A stretch of DNA of 61,192 nt, counting the filler, from Bipalium vagum (taxonomy: Eukaryota): the NCBI GenBank assembly GCA_037834085.1. It is 3 parts of 3 records of this genome, joined end to end, with 100 filler letters (N's around TTAATTAATTAA, not from the genome) between each part and the next. Parts side by side here need not be neighbours in the genome. Positions count along the whole stretch, not along the records: positions 41,347 to 61,192 come from JBBMKC010266401.1; 2 more parts are not named here. The stretch is one strand, 5' to 3'. The notes under the pieces were generated by a model, which ran no database searches, had not been told where the DNA came from, and saw nothing but the letters and a program-made list of their open reading frames with translations. Position numbers and translations under genes: made by a program. Numbering within the stretch: the first letter of the stretch is position 1; the number at the start of each line of letters is the position of its first letter. Of the stretch, positions 54,001 through 61,192 are shown in pieces.

Positions 54001-57000
54001 TCACGGCCATGCTTGATAAATGATATCCAACGATATATTGGACATTTGTTGCCACATGCAATTGTCATATTACGAAATATTACTTCAGACGACTTCTTTA
54101 AAAATACAAAATTTTATCACACTTCTGTATTTTAACTCATCCACTTGACAAAAATGAAATGTGAGTTAGTTTATGAATTATAAGTCAGCCAATCAGATTA
54201 TTTAATTTATGCATATAAACAAACATACGTGTAGGTCTTCAAGGATCCACTTTTTGGATCCTATGCGATAATTGTAACCTATCTACACAATGGCTAGATG
54301 CAAATGAAGCTCCCAAACATTACCCAAAGTCGAATATTCATCAAAAATGTTAATGGTTTCTGTTTTGTGGACAAGTCATGCGTTGATACAACATCGCTTA
54401 ATGGAAAAAGTCAAGCAACCACAGCTGAGATCTACTGTATTCAATTCGAAGAAATGATGCAGAATCCTTCAGAGAAACAACCAAGATTGTTCCCCAAAGA
54501 TAAACCAATACTCCTTCATAACTACGCCCCCCAGCCACACATGCTAAACAAATGAAACTAAAAATATTGGAAACGAATTTGGAAACCGTTGATCATCCTC
54601 CTTATTCCCCAGACTTCGCACCTATCGACTATTATTTCTTCAAGAATTTGGATAATTTTTTACAAGGAAAAGATATCCATTTCTTCGAGACTGTCCAAAG
54701 TGCCTTTATGCAGTTCATCGAATCTCTGAAATCTGACTTTTTTGATAAAGGAATCTCCTAGGTGCCAACAAGGTAGTAGAAGTGTATACTTACTGAAGGT
54801 GCTTACTTTGATTAAATAAATTATTCTTTGTCAAAGATTTATTTTAAAAATGTTTGTTATTAAATTTGTGTTTTTCCTACTTTACGACCTATTATTTTTT
54901 TGCCAATATCTTACAAATATTCTGAAAATATTTCGATATTATCTATGTCGAAAATTATTATATTTAAATTTTAATTCATGTACCATTTGGTCTAATTATA
55001 TCAATATAATTCTAATTATACCTGATAAATGTTTATGTCACAAATATTTAAAATTTGCAAATTATCGATTTTGAGTATACTTACAATTATATTTATTCTT
55101 CGAAAAATATGATATTATTACTATATTTTTTTTAATTGTTCTATTTTCGTTAATTTCAATAATATTAATGTGATTTTATATTAATAGATTATTATTTCTT
55201 GTTTAATTAATAATAATTCTATAGCTTATCGAATATAAACTTACTGAATCCTCTCGAATATTTCTGAATAAAAAATATAAATACCAGAAAGATATAAATA
55301 AACCAAACTGAACTGATATTTTTATGAATCAAAAGATTATTAAATTTTCTGTATTTAGTTTTATGTGATTTTTAAAATATAATAAAATTATGCTTAAATG
55401 TATAATAATAATAATAAAATTGTGAACAGCAACATATTAATATTAAAATTAAATTGTGTTTTAGAAAATGGAATCAATTAGATTACTATTTAAAGTTTTA
55501 ATAAGTACAGTTTATTAAATATATAAAAATAATATTAATATTTTGGAGACTTCCGGTGATCTAATTTAGGTTGTAAAAATAACAATAAATATACTTTAGC
55601 AATTGAATTAATTTATTTAAAAAGTCACGTTACTGATTTTATTTATTTTTATTTATTTATTTGTTTTATTATTTTTTTTGTTTGTATTGACTAATATTTA
55701 TTTTTTATTAATTTCAAATGTAATTAGAAATTTGTGAATATATGATTTTAGATTTCTTTAAATTTAATATCCAAATACAGGGTGTGTCAGCTATTTGAAG
55801 ACAAAAATTGATATTAAAGGTAAGTAATATTTTTAATGAAAAGAATGTATATGTTTAAGCAATATTAGAAACTTTATTTGTATTAAGTACACAAGTTTTA
55901 TTTAATCAATAAAATCACCTTCAGTGTCAATTACAGCTTCAAGGCACCTTTTGAAAAGCTTACATGCCGCGATCAAGTGTTTTTTGTTCATATTTATCAT
56001 AGCAGAACTTATAGAAGCCCGTAATAAATCTTTGGTAAAAATAAAAAAATATATTATTCAATGTTTGTATCAATAAATATTGCAAACCAATTTTTTCGCC
56101 ACTAAAAAAATGATCATGATATATTTTAACAATTTTGTCCTCAAATATTACTGTAACTTATTCATTTTTATAATGGTTTCATAATTAATATAGTTTGGTC
56201 GCAGTTTTTCTAATTAAATTATTGATGAGCTCTATGTTTGCAACTTTGAACTAATTTTGAGATGGCAGAAATGTTTGTTTAATTATATTTTTCCATCAAT
56301 CAAATAACGTGTTTACATTCTTCAATTTATTCTATTTTCGTAAAAATCATTTTCAGTAAAATAATTTTTAGAAAAAAAATATTATTAATGATTTGAACTA
56401 AAAAAAATAATAAATTTATTCTCATTTTACTTGAAATTCTGCAGAAGTCTTCCCTTTTTGAAATTTATACCATTTGTTTATCTATTTCAATTAAATTAAT
56501 TAGGAAATTTAACATTTAATTTTTATATTTTAACATTAAGTCAGCCGTTTTTTTATTCTAGAGTGTCTTTTGGTGACTCCCTTTCATATAAATTCTATCT
56601 AACGCTGTTTTTCGTTCTTAGTAGTAGTTTGAACCCATTCCATAGATATTTTGTTATGTATGATCCCTAATCTGCATCTATGGATAAAACAGAATGATTT
56701 ACTACTTCGTAAGTGTAATTTTTTCAGGGATTGTTGTTAATTCTTTCCAATCTTGCTCTTACCGATATCAACGATGATACTATCTCCTTCGATTATGCTA
56801 ATATCGATTTTAAATGCTTCAGTTATAATCTCACGAAATTTCTGCTGTGAAGATCATATTGTTCCTGGGCTGCGCACTGTTATTTTAGTAATGGACTTCG
56901 TTGATATTTTCGTCAATCATAAATATGCTAAAAGCATATTTTAAGAATATTTTAATTTACAATTTTCATAAACTGTCTTTTTTAATTGAAAATGCTTTTC

Positions 57001-60000
57001 TTCACTTTTTTGTAGAACATCTAAATTGTCCCTTGTTGATTTTAACCTTCATCAAAATGCTACAAGATTGGCAGGTTTTCTCTTTAGGTGAAATATTTTT
57101 ATTCATGAGAAATTTTTTCATTCCGGTTCAACGAAAATAATACATAGTAGATCCTGAATGGTTGATATTATCTGTTATGAAAATTTAATCTAATATTTAA
57201 TATTTTAAGAAACTAAACCAGACCGAATAAAATTCGATAAGAAAAATATTTAGGGAAGTTGTATAGAGAAATTGTACAAAGAAAACATAGTTATACCATG
57301 ATATATATAAGGACATTCGTGAGATATAATATTATTACTATGCAAGAAGAGTCCCATTTTGATAAAATATTTTAAAATACCATAAAATTTTAGGAATATT
57401 TTGTTAATGTCAAGTTCGCACTTATTAGTTTAATTTAACATTGACTAAAAATTGTGGAATACAAGAGCCGAAAATGAATAAGTTTGATAGATGTCTTTTT
57501 TGCAAGAAGTTATCCTAAATGATTGGAAACCTTAAATTCATATTGAACAAGATTTGTATCCTTTGAGGTATCATGTTGCAACTCCTTTAGACTTAGAAGC
57601 GCTGTCCTAACTGGACTCTAAAATTTCTATAGACTGCTAACCGTGTCTGTTAACTAATTGATCTTGTTTTATGATTTATATTCGATATATTAGGAAGAAT
57701 AAATTTACCTACTACAATACGAAGGGGTTTTCTTTTTTCTTAATTCAAAGTAACGTGCAAAGTCTAAAAAAATTTTTCTTTTGTTCGTGTCATACCTCTT
57801 TGTTTTCATAAAAATTTAAGAATTTTGTTTCAATGCATGAAAAAAGAATTATATTTTTTGAATTGATTTTTATTTATAATCTTCACTTTTTAGAAACCAA
57901 CAAATAAGCAGTTTTCCTTAACACTTCATAATTAAAATTAATAAAACTATTTTTTAATGTTTGATAATTATCTTTATAGAATTTTTTAAAAATAAAGCTT
58001 TATTATTTTGAAAGGGGTATCAATTTAGGATTTTCTAGTTGATTTTATCTCATATATATAACATTGATACGATCAATGATCCTGGATATATTTTTTGATT
58101 ATATATGTTAACATTATGAAATACATGTACTATGCTATTGATTTTTATACTTCATAAACTGTTGTCAAATTGAGTAATTAAGAACTATGGAAAATATTTT
58201 CTGTCTGAATGTGTATTTCTCAAATTATTTTGGTGAAGTTCAAAGTTTAAATAAAATTAGATTTTATTAGTAAATGATCTGTAGTAGAAATTGTAGTAAA
58301 ATTTTAGATCTTTAAATCTTCTAAATGTAACGACATGATTCGCGATGGTTATTGTCCCCGAGGTCCTTTTTGTGCATTTGCTCATAATGATAGTGAAATG
58401 AATAATGGACAATACAATCATATTCTGCGAGAGGCTCTTTTAAAGCATCTACAAATATTAAATTCAGATTCAACAAATATTTTCCGAATTTCCTCTCCGT
58501 GCCTTAATGATTCTCGATCTTTGAACAACGGTTAGATTTAATGTTTTGAAGAAAAACGTGATTTTTCCATTTAGTCTTTCAAAGCGACTCTCCCATATCC
58601 TCAAGTCTAACAACGGATACTCCTGAAGATGTTCAAACACCAAAGATGAATACGTCAAATTGGGATATTTTGAACTCTTCTTTTTCTGAAGGCCAAGGCG
58701 TTAGTATCAAACAAATACTAGGTTCAATTTTACTAATTTTTATGTATCAGATGTTTTAATATGGTGAATTCAATATTATTTAATAGAACATTTTTCTAAT
58801 TAATTCATTTATTAAAGTTTGTTTTATTCTAGAAAAATAGCTATCAATACATGTCTGAAAAATTAACACATTGACTGTCATGTAAATTATAGAGGCTATT
58901 TAATATACATTTAAAACTAATCTTATGTGCAGAAATTTTATTTTATAACTATTGTTAGGATACCAAAATTTTTTTTCTGAAACTCCGAACCGTCGCTGGC
59001 AGTCAACGGCTAATTAGTACCATATTGATTTGTTAGGAAAATTTTTACCATTGTTTTAGAATTTATAGTAATAAAGATATTTTTAAATTATTGATTCAAT
59101 ATTTATTACAAAAATCAATTGATTATTGGTAAATATTTTTATAATTGTTTTTAGGTTTGAAATTAGAAATGCATGGCAAGGAATTGGTTCTCATTTATTT
59201 CTCTAGTATTTTCATAAGGTAAATTACCATATTCCAAAAGAAAGTTTATGTTCCGTATATGAAAACCAAATGCCAATATCAAACTTTTTTTCAAATTTTC
59301 GTTCTGGAAATTACGACTTTCAAAATCATCTACGTTATGGAAAGCCTTGATGATAATAGGCTGAAGAATATAGTTTAAGGAAATCAGCATTTGACAACTC
59401 GAAAAATTGTAAATCCATTAATTTTGTCTGTTGTTCCATTTGAAACACTGGTTGTTTTTGCAAAGCTTGATATTCACAGTTCACACATTCTCATTGAAAG
59501 GAAAATAAATAACTTTAACGAATAATGAGAAATAGATTACCAATCGTAATCACAGCTGAAAAAAGCAATCCAATGGGATAGATGAACTATCTAAAGCTGA
59601 AATCCATGGGAAAAGGGTTCTTTCTGCATGGTAGGACTGGTGAAGGTACTTTTCTGGATCTGCTACCGAATACGCAAACCGTTTATTTAGTCTCAATAAA
59701 TGTAGAAAATAAAAGAAAGTGAGAAACTAAAGAGACAGAATTCTTATGCGAACGTAAGAGAATTCATTTATAAGCATTACAACGCAAAGCCTCAAATAAG
59801 TTTGACGATCAGCAGAAGCTATCAGATTTTGTTTTTTATTTTTGTTTTTTTTGTCTTATTTTCCTCGCTGCATCATTTCTCGGATAGCAGAATGTTGGAT
59901 TAAAATGAACTTGAACTCATTTGACCAACTTCTTTTCAAATAAAAGGAATGTCTTAAAATTACTTTGTAGATGTCATGTTTTAAATCAAAAGTGACAATA

Positions 60001-61093
60001 CATTACTGATTGAAAATATTTTTATTAATAATTTTTTTAATTTATCTTGATTTTTCTGAATAAGTTAAAATTATATTAATAATATATTTCAAAGAATTCT
60101 CTTAAACAAATATAAATAACTTATATCAGGCAGCTCAGCCACATATAAAGGATAGTATAAGATACCAGAAACATGAGGTCCACATTTGAGAAGAAATTCT
60201 AGTGAAACTCGAAATGGGAAGCAAAGAAAATGAGAGATGGTAGATCCGATGAAATGTTTCAGAAACGCGTCTCTGACTATTCATAGTGTGAAAAAAATAT
60301 CAGAAGACAATTTTAAAAATATGATGAAAATTAAAAATATATGTGAAGTTTTGATTTTAAACTGATTATTTAAAATATATAATAATATAAAATTTTAAGA
60401 ATAAAATAAAATTGTGGACCACAACACATTTTTTATATTAATTGAAAGGAGAGTATATAAATTCATATTGTATGTTCTCAATCGATATTTAATTTTACCA
60501 TATGTCAGAAAACAGAACTAATTATTAATATATCTAATTTTTCCATTTCCTCAATTTTATGAATGAAGTAAAATTGAGGAAATCTTATCTCAAATGATTT
60601 CTATAATAATGAGTTTAATATTAAGATTTTCTTTTGGTTTTTCAATCCATAGCATTATTTTTTCCAAAAAAACTAATAATTAAATTAAAAGACTTACTTA
60701 AGAGTGAATAAAATTTAGAACGAGCTCTTAGCGATAGCAGTAATGTGGCCCAAATGACCGATTTAGAGATTCAGCGATTGCCAGAATTATTGATGAAATT
60801 TACCAATGGGGAAAATTCTCTCACTGATGTAGCTTTGCCAATTATTGCGGAATGGATTGATCAAGATAAAAAAGAAGGCCGTCTCAAAGAAGAATCTGTT
60901 ATGGCAAAAGTATGATTCTATCAGGTGACTAGTTGTTATTTTATTTATTGCATAGGAAAAGTCGGAAAAGTTATATGTAAAAGAATCCAAAGTTCAAGAA
61001 AAGAAAAAGATAACAAAACAAGATTTTTCTGATCGAAATGAAAGGATCTCATTGCATAAAGAAATTTTAGACACAAAAAACAAACTCAAACGA
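48076..61093 (+). CDS. unk: Unkempt-family CCCH zinc-finger RNA-binding protein, 3' partial
   Basis: Exons 48076-48143, 48191-48400 (EFRTKQC...CFNWHFPNQRRR...DGTFNYNPDLYC), 49300-49556 (GDTERRYHPRYFKTGMC...HCAFAH), 53305-53561 (YKTKEC...CRQGYACPFYH...TEQQFHPE), 58308-58530 (KCND....YCPRGPFCAFAH), 58575-~58699. Probable further exons 60719-60909 and 60956-61093 (open frames separated by a 46-nt GT-AG intron, K/E-rich). The exon 6-7 junction phase is unresolved. Confidence 0.9.
50093..51075 (+). mobile_element. Decayed Tc1-like element, 3' end disrupted
   Basis: Terminus TACAGTTCGTCCGG. Contains MGKKK..., RRPGSGRKK, RKPNLTASHILKR and DDNAPCHR. Confidence 0.8.
51080..51599 (-). mobile_element. 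Mariner 5' portion abutting the Tc1 relic
   Basis: HTH remnant ARKWF*RFQGGDTCLDNKVKSGQP. Terminus TTTTGGGTCACCCTATTA. Confidence 0.7.
52073..52338 (+). mobile_element. 266-bp mariner-derived MITE with perfect TIRs
   Basis: 33-bp perfect inverted repeat TATTAGGGTGAACCATAAGTTTTTTCGTTTTTT including the TA TSD. The interior keeps the transposase tail (GCQEF...GISELSNRWLQTISANGLYFET*). Confidence 0.92.
52540..53150 (+). mobile_element. pogo/Tigger-like (CENP-B-type HTH) transposase remnant
   Basis: ALLGWFRTE...LSGVVLQEKAKDFARKL...INRFK. Confidence 0.7.
53870..54893. mobile_element. Two mariner fragments (5' part on -, 3' part on +)
   Basis: On the + strand: LLHNYAPQPH, HPPYSPDFAPIDYYFF, EGAYFD*. 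On the - strand: HTH with HGRE. Confidence 0.75.
55777..56040 (-). mobile_element. maT/rosa-like Tc1-mariner 3' end
   Basis: TACAGGGTG terminus. Transposase tail IAACKLFKRCLEAVIDTEGDFID*. Confidence 0.65.
56560..57150 (-). mobile_element. Merlin (ISXO2/IS1595-like) DNA transposon remnant
   Basis: KTCQSC zinc-ribbon-like motif. IEGDSIIVDIGKSKIGK (compare IGG.G.IVEIDESKFGK). YEVVNHS (compare H.TVNHS). Confidence 0.6.
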
Positions 61094-61120
61094 GTAAATT
61101 ACCTTTAAATGTTCATTTTG

Positions 61121-61192
<72 letters not shown>
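61121..61192. repeat. (AAT)n microsatellite running to the window end
   Basis: About 24 perfect units, just after the putative Unkempt donor at 61094. Confidence 0.95.

Noticed and set aside
4133-61093. Possible non-standard genetic code or non-canonical splicing
   Set aside because: All five genes assemble with the standard code and GT-AG introns; in-frame stops occur only in transposon relics.

Overview
AT-rich animal genomic DNA. The SMARCC C-terminus resembles flatworm orthologues as I recall them, so a flatworm source is an inference. The window consists of three contigs joined by artificial 100-bp spacers (N44-TTAATTAATTAA-N44 at 25593-25692 and 41247-41346). I reconstructed five spliced genes by hand from GT-AG sites and reading-frame phase: a complete 12-exon SMARCC/BAF155-170 gene (-), the 5' half of a nicotinic acetylcholine receptor subunit (+, cut off by the gap), the first coding exon of an EAG/KCNH potassium channel (-, absent from the ORF track), a complete 9-exon secreted protein made only of eight ShKT domains (-), and most of an Unkempt CCCH zinc-finger gene (+). 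The remainder is decayed transposons: many mariner/Tc1/pogo copies, a Merlin, a Penelope-like element, a NeSL-clade LINE end, a Ty3/Gypsy relic split by a solo LTR, and a tRNA-Ala-like pseudogene. The most unusual signal is that the SMARCC introns have no recognisable transposon relics, are about 90% AT, and are densely loaded with an ATC(G/A)AT motif; ATCGAT occurs only at roughly background level elsewhere in the window. No CRISPR, rRNA or prokaryotic system is present. Counts and GC values are by eye.
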